In this document: in pieces, positions 16,564 through 25,990 of the stretch | Layout: each line of letters begins with the position of its first letter | Position numbering within the stretch: the stretch's first letter is position 1 | Source: an uncultured Actinomycetes bacterium | GTDB taxonomy: Bacteria; Actinomycetota; Thermoleophilia; RBG-16-64-13 | Length of the DNA: 64,000 nt | Reading direction: 5' to 3' | NCBI GenBank assembly: GCA_963713545.1 | Contig: CAVQME010000001.1 | Span: 587,346 to 651,345 of the forward strand | Position numbers and translations under genes: made by a program | The notes under the pieces: model-generated | The model's input: only the letters and a program-made list of their open reading frames with translations | Told to the model about the DNA's origin: nothing | Databases searched by the model: none

Positions 16564-18174
16564 ATGGATGTGCTGCGCGGACTCCAGGAAGGGTGGATGG
16601 AGATGCCAGAGCTATTTGGGAATCCCTACGTACTGCCGGCCGTCATCGTGGTCGTCTTGCTGCTGGTGCTGCTGCTCATCGTGATGATGCGCAAACGTCG
16701 AGGCACGAGCCAGAGCGAAGTCCGGTCGATGGAACGAGTAGCGGCTCCGCCTGCAGGACCCGCGGCGGCAGCCAGCATCATGCCTATGGCCGCCGCCGAC
16801 TCGCAGCCGGGACCCTTACCGAGTCAAGCGCCGAGTCAAGCCACGGGAGCGCCGGACACATCCCTCGTCCCCCAGCCTCAATCCCCTGCGGCGGCCGCTC
16901 AGCCCGTTGTCGCAAAAGAGCGCCCCGCACCTGTCACGCCTGTTGCCAAGGCAACCAAGTTCCCGGAGCGTGCGGCACTCAACGACGATCCGCTGCGGGC
17001 CGTCATTCTCGACATCGTGCACGGATGGGGCGACCTGACCAGCGAGGACACCAACCGCCTCAACCTGTTCCGGGCGGACAAGGTCTTGGCTGCCGCCGAG
17101 GCGATCGACCTCCCGAAGGAAGACGCGGGCGGCGGCTACGCCCGCACCCGTTTGCTGCAGATACGGAAGTACGCGGCCGACAAACAGCTCCAGCAGAAGC
17201 CCCCCGAAGCCGCGCCCGAGGTGCAACCGTCAGGAGTGGAACCGGTGCTCACAATGGAGGCAGTGGAGACCGATCCCGAGGAGACCGCGACTCTGGTAGC
17301 CGAGGTCGAGCAGACCCCGAGTCAGGAGACCCGGGCCGAGGAACTTGCCGCGGGAGAGCCCCAGCCCGAAGGACCGCCACCTTCGTGGGAACTGCCTCAG
17401 CCGACGGAACACCTTGCCGGCGCCGGTCTGGCGACCGCGGCCTTCGCAGCTACGCCCCACGACGAGAAGATCGAAGACCGCCTGAGCTTGGAGAAGGAGC
17501 TCGGCGAGGATGAGGGCGAGTGGACGCAGTCGGCGGAGCCGATCGTGATACCACCGTGGCCCGAGGAGTCAAGGCCTGAGGAGTCTGTGGCGACGTCTCC
17601 GTGGCCGGAGGATTCGCAGCCCGTCGAGACGACCGCGTCGTCGCCGTGGCCGGAGGAGTCGCAGCCTTTGACGCCGGCCACAGCTTCTCCTTGGTCGGAG
17701 GAGCCGACGGGTTGGGATATCGACGAGCCACCGGTCCTAGAGGAGGTCCCGGTCGAGTTGGACGATGAGCAGCCTCTGCCGGCGGCGGCGGTCGCCGACA
17801 TAGGACCTGCTGCCGCAACCGCAGCTACCGCGATCACCGAGGAGACGACGCCGGTGCAGGACATCACCGACCAGTTCCAGGCGCCTGATGATTCCCTTTC
17901 GACTCTGCATGGCAGGGTGAGGACCGCAGAGGAGCTCATGGCCCTGCCCGCAGGCGATCAAGCCGACATGCTCGCCTTCCTGGAGCCGCCTGAACTCGCA
18001 CGCGTATTCGAGGCCAGCGAAGATCGAAGGCTCAAGAAGGGGGTGATCGACGTCCTTGAGAACCTCGGTTCCCCCGGGTCTCTGGACGTGCTTCGCCGCT
18101 GCCTTGACGACGCAGACCCGGAGATGCAGGTCTACGCTCTGGACGCCGCAGACCGGCTTCTAGGAGTAGAGTAG
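16564..18174 (+). CDS. Membrane-anchored acidic repeat protein with C-terminal HEAT-like repeats (hypothetical)
   Basis: N-terminal TM helix, an acidic Pro-rich region with three SPWPE(E/D)S repeats, and a C-terminal HEAT/PBS-lyase-like segment (VIDVLENLGSPGSLDVLRRCLDDADPEMQVYALDAADRL). An alternative start MEMPELF at 16597 has a GGAAGGG RBS. Confidence 0.5.
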   Translation: MDVLRGLQEGWMEMPELFGNPYVLPAVIVVVLLLVLLLIVMMRKRRGTSQSEVRSMERVAAPPAGPAAAASIMPMAAADSQPGPLPSQAPSQATGAPDTSLVPQPQSPAAAAQPVVAKERPAPVTPVAKATKFPERAALNDDPLRAVILDIVHGWGDLTSEDTNRLNLFRADKVLAAAEAIDLPKEDAGGGYARTRLLQIRKYAADKQLQQKPPEAAPEVQPSGVEPVLTMEAVETDPEETATLVAEVEQTPSQETRAEELAAGEPQPEGPPPSWELPQPTEHLAGAGLATAAFAATPHDEKIEDRLSLEKELGEDEGEWTQSAEPIVIPPWPEESRPEESVATSPWPEDSQPVETTASSPWPEESQPLTPATASPWSEEPTGWDIDEPPVLEEVPVELDDEQPLPAAAVADIGPAAATAATAITEETTPVQDITDQFQAPDDSLSTLHGRVRTAEELMALPAGDQADMLAFLEPPELARVFEASEDRRLKKGVIDVLENLGSPGSLDVLRRCLDDADPEMQVYALDAADRLLGVE

Positions 18175-19107
18175 AGCCTCGCGCAAGCCGCGAGTACGCG
18201 CGACTATCTCGGCACCATCGAGCCCGGCACGCCAGGCCACGAAGGCACATCGCTTCTCAAGATCGAGGGGTTGATCCCACATGGCGTCGCCGGCCAGGGT
18301 GGCGGCTCCCCCTCCTGCCTCCGTGAGGATCACCAGGCCGGCCGCCAGGTCGACCGAGCGAGACCGAACAGCTGCCACCAGGATGTCGGCCGCCCCTGTG
18401 GCCACGTAGCAGAGGGCAAGAGCCAGCGACCCGATCTGACGCACGCGCATGTCCTGACTTCGGCCCACGGCGCCCATGGCGCTCAGATCGTGGAACCGGA
18501 AGTGATGACGGTCGGGCCGACCAGCCTCGAGTAGGATCACTTCTACCAGAGCGTTCTTGAAACGCTGGGGATCGAGCGTCACCCCCGGCTCTCCGGCTGA
18601 GAGCACCCCCGATCCCTTGACTGCGCTGAATACGTTCGGCCGTAGGTAGTCCTCGATGTAGCCCACGCGGACATCACCCATATTCGGACCGTCGGCCACC
18701 CCGATGGAGACGCAGAAAGGCGAAAGGCCACGCTTGGCGTTGAGACTGCCGTCCACGGGATCGACCACCACCAGCCACTCCGCGTCGGAGGGGCCGCTGA
18801 TACCGGCTTCCTCGGACACCAAGCGACACGGGAACGGAGCCCGAGCGGCCAGAACGTCCTGGATAGCTTCCTCGCAGACACGATCGAGCTCGAGCGTGCG
18901 ATCGCCACCTGCCCCCCGCCCGAGGGCTACCCTACCGGGTGCTCTGCCAAAGAGGGGCTGGATCGCTTCCTTACCCGCAGACGCCATCTGCTCGACGCAT
19001 GAAAGCCACCGGGCGTCGGCCTCTGACATCGACCGGGTCGTCGGGGTGTCTTGCTCTGCTGGATCTGGCGTAGTCGAGCTCACACTGCCCAAAATACCAC
19101 CCATCAT
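18160..19107 (-). CDS. Inositol monophosphatase family protein (SuhB/ImpA-like)
   Basis: IMPase motifs VVVDPVDGSLN and WDxAAG-like AGLVILTEAGG. The long N-terminal part of ORF 18160..19437 is Arg/His-rich junk, so the internal start MMGG with a GGGGAG RBS is preferred. Confidence 0.65.
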   Translation of the reverse strand: MMGGILGSVSSTTPDPAEQDTPTTRSMSEADARWLSCVEQMASAGKEAIQPLFGRAPGRVALGRGAGGDRTLELDRVCEEAIQDVLAARAPFPCRLVSEEAGISGPSDAEWLVVVDPVDGSLNAKRGLSPFCVSIGVADGPNMGDVRVGYIEDYLRPNVFSAVKGSGVLSAGEPGVTLDPQRFKNALVEVILLEAGRPDRHHFRFHDLSAMGAVGRSQDMRVRQIGSLALALCYVATGAADILVAAVRSRSVDLAAGLVILTEAGGGAATLAGDAMWDQPLDLEKRCAFVAWRAGLDGAEIVARTRGLREALLYS

Positions 19108-19131
19108 CTCCCCTGAGTTACCATAGCCCCG

Positions 19132-20028
19132 ATGAAGGTTCCCCGAGATCACCCGCCGCGCGGCGTGCCGCGCCCGCTCTGTTGGGCTGCCGCCGCGGGA
19201 GCAGCCGCGACAGGCTATATGGTCTTCGAGGCTCAGTGGGTGCAGTGCCGCGAGGCAGACCTTGAAGTACCCGGCCTGCCCTCTGTGTGGTCGGGCCTGC
19301 GCGTCCTTCACCTCTCGGACGTGCATGCAGGTCTCTTCCCGACGAACGAGCGCAGCCTCGAGAAGGTGGTGCAGTGGGCGGTCCCCCGCGCCCCTGACCT
19401 GGTGCTTCTCACCGGCGATATGCTCGGTGACCCTCACCGCAGCAAGAGGGTACTCGAAATGCTCGCTCGGCTAGAGCCGCCCCTCGGCACGTTCGCCGTC
19501 ACCGGCAATCACGAGTACGGCATCGGCAAGGACCCTCTGGCGCGCCCCCGCGATACGAGCCATCTGTGGGAGCAGGCGGGGATCACACTACTTGCCGACC
19601 GATGTGTGTCTCTGCCGGCACGGAAAGGCCGCCATATCATCCTCTGCGGGGCCGACCACCTGACCGGCGGATTCGGGCTCCTCGACAACACCGGAACACG
19701 CAACCGGGACGACGCTCCACGGCTTGGGTCGGACGAAGGTTTCCTGGCTGGCGACTTCCCCGTGCTCCTCAGCCACGAGCCTCCACCCTCGGATTCACCT
19801 CTCGCCCGGCTCTTCCCCCTGGCATTTTCCGGCCACACCCATGGAGGTCAACTGCGAGTACCGGGTCCAGAGGGGTTGGCGCCTATACACCGAGAGGGAG
19901 GCGAGTACCTGGCGGGCGTGCATACCTGGGGCGAGGGCCGGCTGGTCGTTTCGCGCGGGGTGGGCACCAGCTTTCTACCCTTCCGTCTGCTCACTCGGCC
20001 GGAGGCGAGCCTGTGGCGATTGGTATAG
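19132..20028 (+). CDS. Metallophosphoesterase (calcineurin-like, YkuE/YaeI family)
   Basis: Motifs HLSDVH, LTGDML, GNHE and SGHTHGGQ. Confidence 0.75.
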   Translation: MKVPRDHPPRGVPRPLCWAAAAGAAATGYMVFEAQWVQCREADLEVPGLPSVWSGLRVLHLSDVHAGLFPTNERSLEKVVQWAVPRAPDLVLLTGDMLGDPHRSKRVLEMLARLEPPLGTFAVTGNHEYGIGKDPLARPRDTSHLWEQAGITLLADRCVSLPARKGRHIILCGADHLTGGFGLLDNTGTRNRDDAPRLGSDEGFLAGDFPVLLSHEPPPSDSPLARLFPLAFSGHTHGGQLRVPGPEGLAPIHREGGEYLAGVHTWGEGRLVVSRGVGTSFLPFRLLTRPEASLWRLV

Positions 20029-20082
20029 AATTGCACCGACGACCCCAGCACATCGGGTAATGCGTTCGAACAGGGGGCTTCG

Positions 20083-20499
20083 ATGAGTCAGCCGCAGGAT
20101 GAGCGGATGTCCGGAGACCTGCCGGTCACTCCGACACCCTACGAAGAGACGAGACCCGCCGTCTCCCACGAGGTGGTGGCAACGTATGTTGCCGACGCTG
20201 CCCGCTCCGTTCATGGCGTCGTTGATCTTCACGCCTCTCCGTGGAAAGGCCTCTCGTCTCGCGTGCGTGAGACGCATACGGGAGGAGTGCTCATACGGGA
20301 GTCGCAACCAGGGACAGTGGACGTGGAGATACACGCCCGGGTGGCCTGGGGCGTGGTGATACCCGAATTGGCTCGCCAGGTCGAAGACGCCGTACGCAGC
20401 AGAGTGAACGGACTCCTCAATCTCGACCTTGGGAACGTCACCCTTTTCGTCGACGAGATAGCCGGACCGATGGAGGGCGGTGACTCGCAGGAGGGCTAG
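20083..20499 (+). CDS. Asp23/Gls24 family envelope stress protein
   Basis: 138 aa with the characteristic Asp23 architecture (VVATYVADAARSVHGVV ... VDVEIHARVAWGVVIPELARQVEDAVRSRV). Confidence 0.7.
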   Translation: MSQPQDERMSGDLPVTPTPYEETRPAVSHEVVATYVADAARSVHGVVDLHASPWKGLSSRVRETHTGGVLIRESQPGTVDVEIHARVAWGVVIPELARQVEDAVRSRVNGLLNLDLGNVTLFVDEIAGPMEGGDSQEG

Positions 20500-20504
20500 G
20501 CATC

Positions 20505-21212
20505 GTGCCCGACTACCTACCGCTTTGTGCTTCTCGGCAGGACCTCTTGCCGCCCGCTTGTCGCTCGTGCGCCTGGTGGCAGACCTCGAGCGGAGGGCGG
20601 GACCGCGCCGTCGCTGTCGAAGAGAGGCGCCACCAGTGGATGGTGGCGGTCGAATCCAGCTGGGGTAGTCCAGGACTTCTCCTCCAGAGAGCCGAGCCAG
20701 GTGTGCCATCCGGCCAATCATCGTCCGAGAAGCTCACGGGCGCGAACGATCAGACTTCTCCTTCGCCCGATCTCGCGACTGCTGCATCGATACACTACGC
20801 CCCGGCGACGGCCCTCCCGAGGTTGCGGAACCTGCCGTTCGCTCCTCTCGGTCCTGACGCGGTGCTCCTCTTCTGCCTTCGGTCGGAGGAGGACCAAGCT
20901 GATCTTCAGGCCAAACGCGTCATGCAGAAGGCGCTTGGGCAGCTGAAGGATCGAGGAGTCCAGGAAGTGTATGCCTTTGCCGGCCACTTCGGCAGCCCCG
21001 AGGATAACGGGCGGTGTGAGTTCTTCTCTCTCGACTTCCTGGAAGCCAACGGTTTTCGGCATGTCCGAGACAACGGGGACATCTATCTGATGCGCGCCGA
21101 CCTGCGGGGTCTGCTCTCCCTCATAGGCCAGGTAGAAACCGCGGTCAGGCGGGCGCTCCGTAACGATCCCACTCCAAGTCCCGCCGCCTGGACGCACCGC
21201 GGGACGTCATGA
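20505..21212 (+). CDS. Hypothetical protein (possible acyl-CoA N-acyltransferase-like C-terminal half)
   Basis: 235-aa ORF with coding-like GC3, immediately downstream of the Asp23 gene. No clear family assignment. Confidence 0.4.
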   Translation: MPDYLPLCASRQDLLPPACRSCAWWQTSSGGRDRAVAVEERRHQWMVAVESSWGSPGLLLQRAEPGVPSGQSSSEKLTGANDQTSPSPDLATAASIHYAPATALPRLRNLPFAPLGPDAVLLFCLRSEEDQADLQAKRVMQKALGQLKDRGVQEVYAFAGHFGSPEDNGRCEFFSLDFLEANGFRHVRDNGDIYLMRADLRGLLSLIGQVETAVRRALRNDPTPSPAAWTHRGTS

Positions 21213-21219
21213 GCCCGCC

Positions 21220-22656
21220 ATGAGGCGGCACCTGCAGCGCAGCGGCTCGCGTGCCGTAGATCGCGGTCCGGGGCGGCGGTCGCGCTACCGCGCCGTGCGG
21301 CTGGCGGCGGCCGTGGCCCTGGTGTCGCTGGCTTGCCTGGCGGCATTCGCTCTCGTGGGGTCACAGGAACCGCCGGCGGCGGTGGCTGCGGAGGCCGGGC
21401 TGGCTGAGGCCCCCGTCTGGGTCACGCAGGTCAAAGGTATCGTCGATCCGGCCATGGCGAGTTACTTGGTCAAGACCATGAAGCAGGCCGCCGAGGCTCG
21501 GGCGGCCGCACTCGTCGTCGAGCTAGATACCCCCGGCGGCCTCGACACCGCCATGCGCGACATCATCCAGGCCCAGCTCGACTCGCCCATACCGATCGTC
21601 TTATACGTCTACCCCGAGGGGGCGCGGGCGGCCTCGGCCGGCGTCTACATACTCATGGGCTCCGACGTGGCGGCGATGGCACCGCAGACCAATCTGGGAG
21701 CGGCGACCCCGGTGTCGCTCGGCGGGGAGATGGACGACGTCATGAAGGCCAAGGTCACCAACGATGCCGCCGCGTACATCTCCGGCCTGGCCTCCAATCA
21801 TGGACGCAACGCCGAGTGGGCCGAGCAGGCCGTGCGAGAATCGGTGTCGCTCACTGCCGAGGAGGCTCTGGCCAAGGGGGTGATCGAGTTCGTCGCCGCC
21901 GACCTTCCCACCCTTCTGCAGGATGTCGACGGCTACGTGACCACGCCCAAGGGCCTCACCCTGCACACCGCCGGGGCCCCGGTCGAGGAAGTCAGCATGG
22001 GCTGGATCCAGCGCTTCCTCCACGCCATCGCCAACCCCGATATCGCCTACATCCTTATGATCATCGGGATCCTGGGCATCATCACGGAGCTCAGCACCCC
22101 CGGTCTGGGAGGTGCGGGGATAGGAGGGGTCATAGCCTTGCTTCTGGCCTTCTACTCCTTCCAGGTACTTCCCGTCAGCCTGGTGGGGATAGCCCTGGTG
22201 GTGCTGGCCATGATCCTGTTCGTCGCCGAGATCAAGATCCAGAGCCACGGGGTCCTGGGGATCGGGGGAGCCGCCGCGCTGATCGCCGGCGGTCTCCTCC
22301 TGTTCGATACCTCGTCTTCCTTTCTCAAGGTCAGCTGGCCGGTGCTTATCACAGCCACGGTCTTCGCCGTCGTCTTCTTCATGCTCGTTATCCGAGCGGT
22401 CGCGAAAGCCATGCGCCGGCCCCCCGCCACGGGGACCTCGACTCTGGTGGGAGCGGCCGGCGTGACGGTCTCACCTCTCGGTCCGCAAGGCCAGGTGAGG
22501 CTGCGGGGAGAGACGTGGAAAGCCCGTACCGAGGGAGAGGACCTGCTTAAAGACGAACGGATAGAGGTACTAAGAGCAGAGGGGCTCACGCTCGTCGTGC
22601 GCCGGGCGAGTACGGCGGACGGCGACACCGAAGAGAAACCGAACCAGGGGACGTAA
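21220..22656 (+). CDS. NfeD-family membrane-bound serine protease (ClpP-class) partner of stomatin
   Basis: N-terminal ClpP-like protease domain (LVVELDTPGGLDTAMRDII...SAGVYILMGSD), a central multi-TM segment and a C-terminal OB-fold. It is followed by an SPFH gene. Confidence 0.8.
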   Translation: MRRHLQRSGSRAVDRGPGRRSRYRAVRLAAAVALVSLACLAAFALVGSQEPPAAVAAEAGLAEAPVWVTQVKGIVDPAMASYLVKTMKQAAEARAAALVVELDTPGGLDTAMRDIIQAQLDSPIPIVLYVYPEGARAASAGVYILMGSDVAAMAPQTNLGAATPVSLGGEMDDVMKAKVTNDAAAYISGLASNHGRNAEWAEQAVRESVSLTAEEALAKGVIEFVAADLPTLLQDVDGYVTTPKGLTLHTAGAPVEEVSMGWIQRFLHAIANPDIAYILMIIGILGIITELSTPGLGGAGIGGVIALLLAFYSFQVLPVSLVGIALVVLAMILFVAEIKIQSHGVLGIGGAAALIAGGLLLFDTSSSFLKVSWPVLITATVFAVVFFMLVIRAVAKAMRRPPATGTSTLVGAAGVTVSPLGPQGQVRLRGETWKARTEGEDLLKDERIEVLRAEGLTLVVRRASTADGDTEEKPNQGT

Positions 22657-22665
22657 GGAGACGTC

Positions 22666-23430
22666 ATGGATGTAGGCACGATAGCAGTGATCGTGATCGT
22701 GGTGATCGTGGTGATCATCATATTGGCCTCGGCGATCAAAGTCTTCCCCGAGTACCAGCGCGGTGTGATCTTTCGCCTGGGGCGCCTGATGCCGCCCAAA
22801 GGGCCGGGCATCTTCCTCATCATCCCCATCGTCGACAAGGTGGTGCGCGTGGACCTGCGTACCATCACTATGGACGTGCCGGCACAGGAGGTAATCACTA
22901 AGGACAATGTCCCGGGCAAGGTGAACGCCGTCGTCTACTTCCGGGTCATCGATCCGTCGAGATCGGTAGTCGAGGTGCAGAACTACATCGCCGCCACCTC
23001 GCAGATAGCCCAGACCACGTTGCGAAGCGTCCTCGGCCAGTCCGACCTGGACCACCTGCTCACCGAGCGGGACAAGCTGAACGCCCGGCTGCAGGAGATC
23101 ATCGACGAGCAGACCGACCCCTGGGGTGTGAAGGTCAGCATCGTAGAGATCAAGGACGTCGAGATTCCTGCCAGTATGCAGCGGGCGATGGCCCGGCAGG
23201 CCGAGGCCGAGCGGGAACGTCGGGCCAAGGTCATCGCCGCCGAGGGCGAGTTCCAGGCTTCGGAGAAGCTTTCCCAGGCCGCCTTGGTGCTCTCGAAGAC
23301 CCCGGCCGCTATTCAGCTTCGCTATCTCCAGACCCTCGCCGAGATCGCCACCGAGAAGAACTCCACTACGGTCTTCCCGATCCCCATCGATCTGATAGAG
23401 ATGTTCATGAAGAAGCATTCCGATACCTAG
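22666..23430 (+). CDS. SPFH/band-7 stomatin-like protein (slipin)
   Basis: N-terminal TM helix plus SPFH domain ([13 protein letters not shown]...[21 protein letters not shown]) and a coiled-coil tail. AAGGAG RBS. Confidence 0.85.
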   Translation: MDVGTIAVIVIVVIVVIIILASAIKVFPEYQRGVIFRLGRLMPPKGPGIFLIIPIVDKVVRVDLRTITMDVPAQEVITKDNVPGKVNAVVYFRVIDPSRSVVEVQNYIAATSQIAQTTLRSVLGQSDLDHLLTERDKLNARLQEIIDEQTDPWGVKVSIVEIKDVEIPASMQRAMARQAEAERERRAKVIAAEGEFQASEKLSQAALVLSKTPAAIQLRYLQTLAEIATEKNSTTVFPIPIDLIEMFMKKHSDT

Positions 23431-23535
23431 GCCTCTGTCCCTTGTCTCCGTGAGGGTCGTTCGCCAGCCGTGCTAACCCGCGTCTCCATCGCCCTTCCGG
23501 AAGAGTCGCACCTGCGCAGCCGAAGTCCATCAGGC

Positions 23536-23605
23536 GCCGCGGCCCCATCACCCTCGAGGGAGGAGTCGTACAACGCAGCCGGAACGAGGGTGATGGGGCC
23601 GCGGC
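23536..23605. terminator. Long perfect hairpin (21-bp stem GCCGCGGCCCCATCACCCTCG / CGAGGGTGATGGGGCCGCGGC, 28-nt loop)
   Basis: Perfect inverted repeat 105 nt downstream of the stomatin stop and ~35 nt upstream of tRNA-Ala. There is no U-tract, so the terminator role is inferred. Confidence 0.35.
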
Positions 23606-23639
23606 CACTGTGCTATAAATACGCGATTGTGCGTCGACT

Positions 23640-23712
23640 GGGGGTATAGCTCAGTTGGGAGAGCGTCGCGTTCGCATCGCGAAGGCCAGGGGTTCGAATC
23701 CCCTTACCTCCA
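23640..23712 (+). tRNA. tRNA-Ala (anticodon CGC)
   Basis: Cloverleaf GGGGGUA/UA/GCUCAGUUGGGAGAGC/G/UCGCG-UUCGCAU-CGCGA/AGGCC/AGGGG-UUCGAAU-CCCCU/UACCUCC/A. It has the G3:U70 alanine identity pair and the T-loop GTTCGAATC. CCA is not encoded. A TATAAAT -10-like box lies at 23614-23620. Confidence 0.85.
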
Positions 23713-23748
23713 CTCCTTCCCTCCCTTGTCGGCCGTCCTCATGAAGGG

Positions 23749-24162
23749 GTGACCACCGTGCCTCTCATCGAGATCAGAGTCTCCTCCCCGGCACGCGAGG
23801 TGCTGGTGGATATCAGCGACAGGGTCCAGCAGGCCGTCACCCAGTCCCATCCGACACTGAGCGGCATGGTGAGCATCTTCGTGCCTCACACCACCGCCGG
23901 CGTCACCATCAACGAGGGCGCCGATCCCTCCGTGGCCCGCGATATCGTCGAGGGCCTTGCCCGCCTCGTCCCCCGCGAGGCCGCCTATCGTCATAGCGAG
24001 GGGAATTCCGACGCGCACATCAAGGCGAGTCTCGTAGGCAGCAGCGTCGCGGTCCCCGTGGAACAGGGACGGTTGCGGCTTGGCACGTGGCAGAGCATCT
24101 ATCTGGCCGAATTCGATGGTCCTCGCACCCGGCGGGTATGGATAGTGCCCGCGCCTGCGTGA
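23749..24162 (+). CDS. YjbQ/UPF0047 family protein (secondary thiamine-phosphate synthase-like)
   Basis: 137 aa with the conserved UPF0047 pattern (HTTAGVTINE...GNSDAHIKASLVGSSVAVPV...LGTWQSIYLAEFDGPRTR). Confidence 0.7.
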   Translation: MTTVPLIEIRVSSPAREVLVDISDRVQQAVTQSHPTLSGMVSIFVPHTTAGVTINEGADPSVARDIVEGLARLVPREAAYRHSEGNSDAHIKASLVGSSVAVPVEQGRLRLGTWQSIYLAEFDGPRTRRVWIVPAPA

Positions 24163-25121
24163 GCCCCGGGACGTCCGGGGCCGGCCCTCAGAACGGTCCC
24201 GGTTCGGAGCTGGGCGAGGCGGTGGAGGAGTTCATCCGAGATCAGCTGAGCAGTCCGGAGATCAACAATCTCGGCCCGGGCACCGACGGGAAGGCCTGGG
24301 ACGGCGTCCTGTTGGGGTTCTCCAGCGGAGCAGACGAGCTCTACGAGTTCCTCAAGGAGCACATCGGACCGTTCCACTGGACGCCGGCCGAAGCCTTCGC
24401 CCTGGGCACGTCGACGGACCGGCCGGTGTCTGGCCCAGAAGATGCGGCCGATGCCTCAGCGGGCGAGCTGACGGTGATCAGTTGGGCCCTCTGTCAGACC
24501 GAGAGTGCCAAAGCTGCGAACCGGGCGGAGACCCTGATGCCGTCGGAACCATGGGCGCGATCCCGGATCTTCGGGCAGAACTGCAATCGCCGCCTGCACA
24601 AGGCGCTCGTCCAGATGCTCGCCGACCTTGGATACGAGGCCGTAGCCCCCGGGTTGCTCCGGCAGTGGGCCGAGGAGTCCTCTCCCCGGTTCGGAAGAGC
24701 ATGTACTTGGTCCGAGCGTCACGTAGCCCATATCTCTGGTCTGGGGACCTTCGGTCTGTCGGGTGGGCTGATCACCGAGCGGGGGCAGGCGGTCAGATTC
24801 GGATCGGTGGTAGTCCGCGCGCAGATCCCGGTCACCCTGCGGCGCTATACCGACCCCTTCGCCTACTGCCTCTTCTTTGCCCGAGGCACCTGCGGGGCTT
24901 GCGCGCGTCGCTGCCCTGTCGGGTCGATCAGCGAGGATGGTCGCGACAAGGCAGCCTGTGCCACACATCTCATTCCGGTGAGCGAAGAGTTCGTCAAGCA
25001 GGAATACGGTTTCGACGGTTACGGGTGCGGTCTCTGCCAGACCAAAGTGCCCTGCGAATCGGGCATCCCCAAGAACTCGTTTCAGAATGAAGCGCCGCCG
25101 CTGGGTCCGCCGAGAGTCTAG
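24087..25121 (+). CDS. Epoxyqueuosine reductase QueG-like [4Fe-4S] protein
   Basis: QueG/DUF1730-like core (HISGLGTFGLSGGLITERGQAVRFGSVVV) plus 4Fe-4S Cys clusters (CGACARRCP, CGLCQTKVPC). The last 17 aa are contributed by repeat copy 2. The true start may be MDSARAC at 24138. Confidence 0.5.
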   Translation: MAEHLSGRIRWSSHPAGMDSARACVSPGTSGAGPQNGPGSELGEAVEEFIRDQLSSPEINNLGPGTDGKAWDGVLLGFSSGADELYEFLKEHIGPFHWTPAEAFALGTSTDRPVSGPEDAADASAGELTVISWALCQTESAKAANRAETLMPSEPWARSRIFGQNCNRRLHKALVQMLADLGYEAVAPGLLRQWAEESSPRFGRACTWSERHVAHISGLGTFGLSGGLITERGQAVRFGSVVVRAQIPVTLRRYTDPFAYCLFFARGTCGACARRCPVGSISEDGRDKAACATHLIPVSEEFVKQEYGFDGYGCGLCQTKVPCESGIPKNSFQNEAPPLGPPRV

Positions 25122-25140
25122 ACGCTCAGTCCCGGACCTC
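25068..25140. repeat. Dispersed repeat copy 2 (divergent; AAGAACTCGTTTCAGAATGAAGC...TCAGTCCCG)
   Basis: It shares the 5' block (A)ACTCGTTTCAGAATGAAGC and the 3' block TCAGTCCCG with copies 1 and 3. It overlaps the 3' ends of two convergent genes and encodes their last codons and stop codons. Confidence 0.45.
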
Positions 25141-25990
25141 AGTCTCCCCATCAGGGCCGTCTTCACCGGAGCCGGCCGGCGGCCAGTCTGGACCTTCGCC
25201 CTCGTAGTAGTCGACTCCCAGTATCGGAGCCGAGCCCTGCACCACCGCTGCCAGCCGCCTGCGCCGGCGCCATAGTATGCCCCGCCAGACAGCCAGTCCC
25301 AGCAACAGCACCCAAGCGGCCACCTCGAGTACCTGACCGACTGTGTTGGCCGCCGTACGCCCGTAGGTGAGAGTCACGTGGCTTTCGGTGGGGATCACCA
25401 TCATGAACGAAGGAGAAGCCAGATAGGGTCCGTCGGCTCCCTCGACGTGCCAGTTGGGGAAATAGGAGACCTTGATCCAGTGCGGCTGCCCGATGGCCGT
25501 GGTGTCGAACGAGAGGCTTTCGTTCTCCATCAGCTCTCCGATGACACGGCCCTCGGCGACGATGGGTTCCGCAGGGGGAATCGCGGCCTCATCAAGAGGT
25601 ATCTGGGTGAACTGTTGGAGCGCCTCGTCCCCATTATCGAGGACGATCGGGGTGTCGAGGGCGGATTCGTTGAGATACCAGTCCACGGCCATATCGCGCC
25701 ATTCGTTCACCTCGATGTCGACCTTCACCGGCTTGTTCTTCATCACTTCGACATAGCCGGTGGTGCCGATGATGCGGAAGACGTTGTAATCACCGAAGGT
25801 CGCCAGAAGCTCAGCCCGTGAGTCGGCCTGCAGAGCGCTGACGACCTCCGGCGAGAACGCGAGCAGATAGGGGATGTCCATGAGTTGCAGCCGGGTGATC
25901 CCCTGAGCCACATCAAGCGAGGGGTAGGTGACCCCGATGATGGCGTTGCTGGGCTGCTTGGAGAGATAGGCCTGATTGATGAAGTGGAAG
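25126..25990 (-). CDS. C-terminal extracytoplasmic domain + terminal TM of the same membrane protein (frame-shifted continuation)
   Basis: The reading frame of ORF 25126..25911 stays open upstream of its annotated Met (…FHFINQAYLSKQPSNAIIGVTYPSLDVAQGITRL…) and overlaps the end of the 25913..27403 frame. The shift lies near the CACGGCGCCC run at ~25990. Confidence 0.5.

Noticed and set aside
21601-22550. Overlapping ORFs on both strands inside the NfeD gene
   Set aside because: Shadow ORFs with His/Arg/Gly-rich junk. NfeD in the + frame has clear domain structure.
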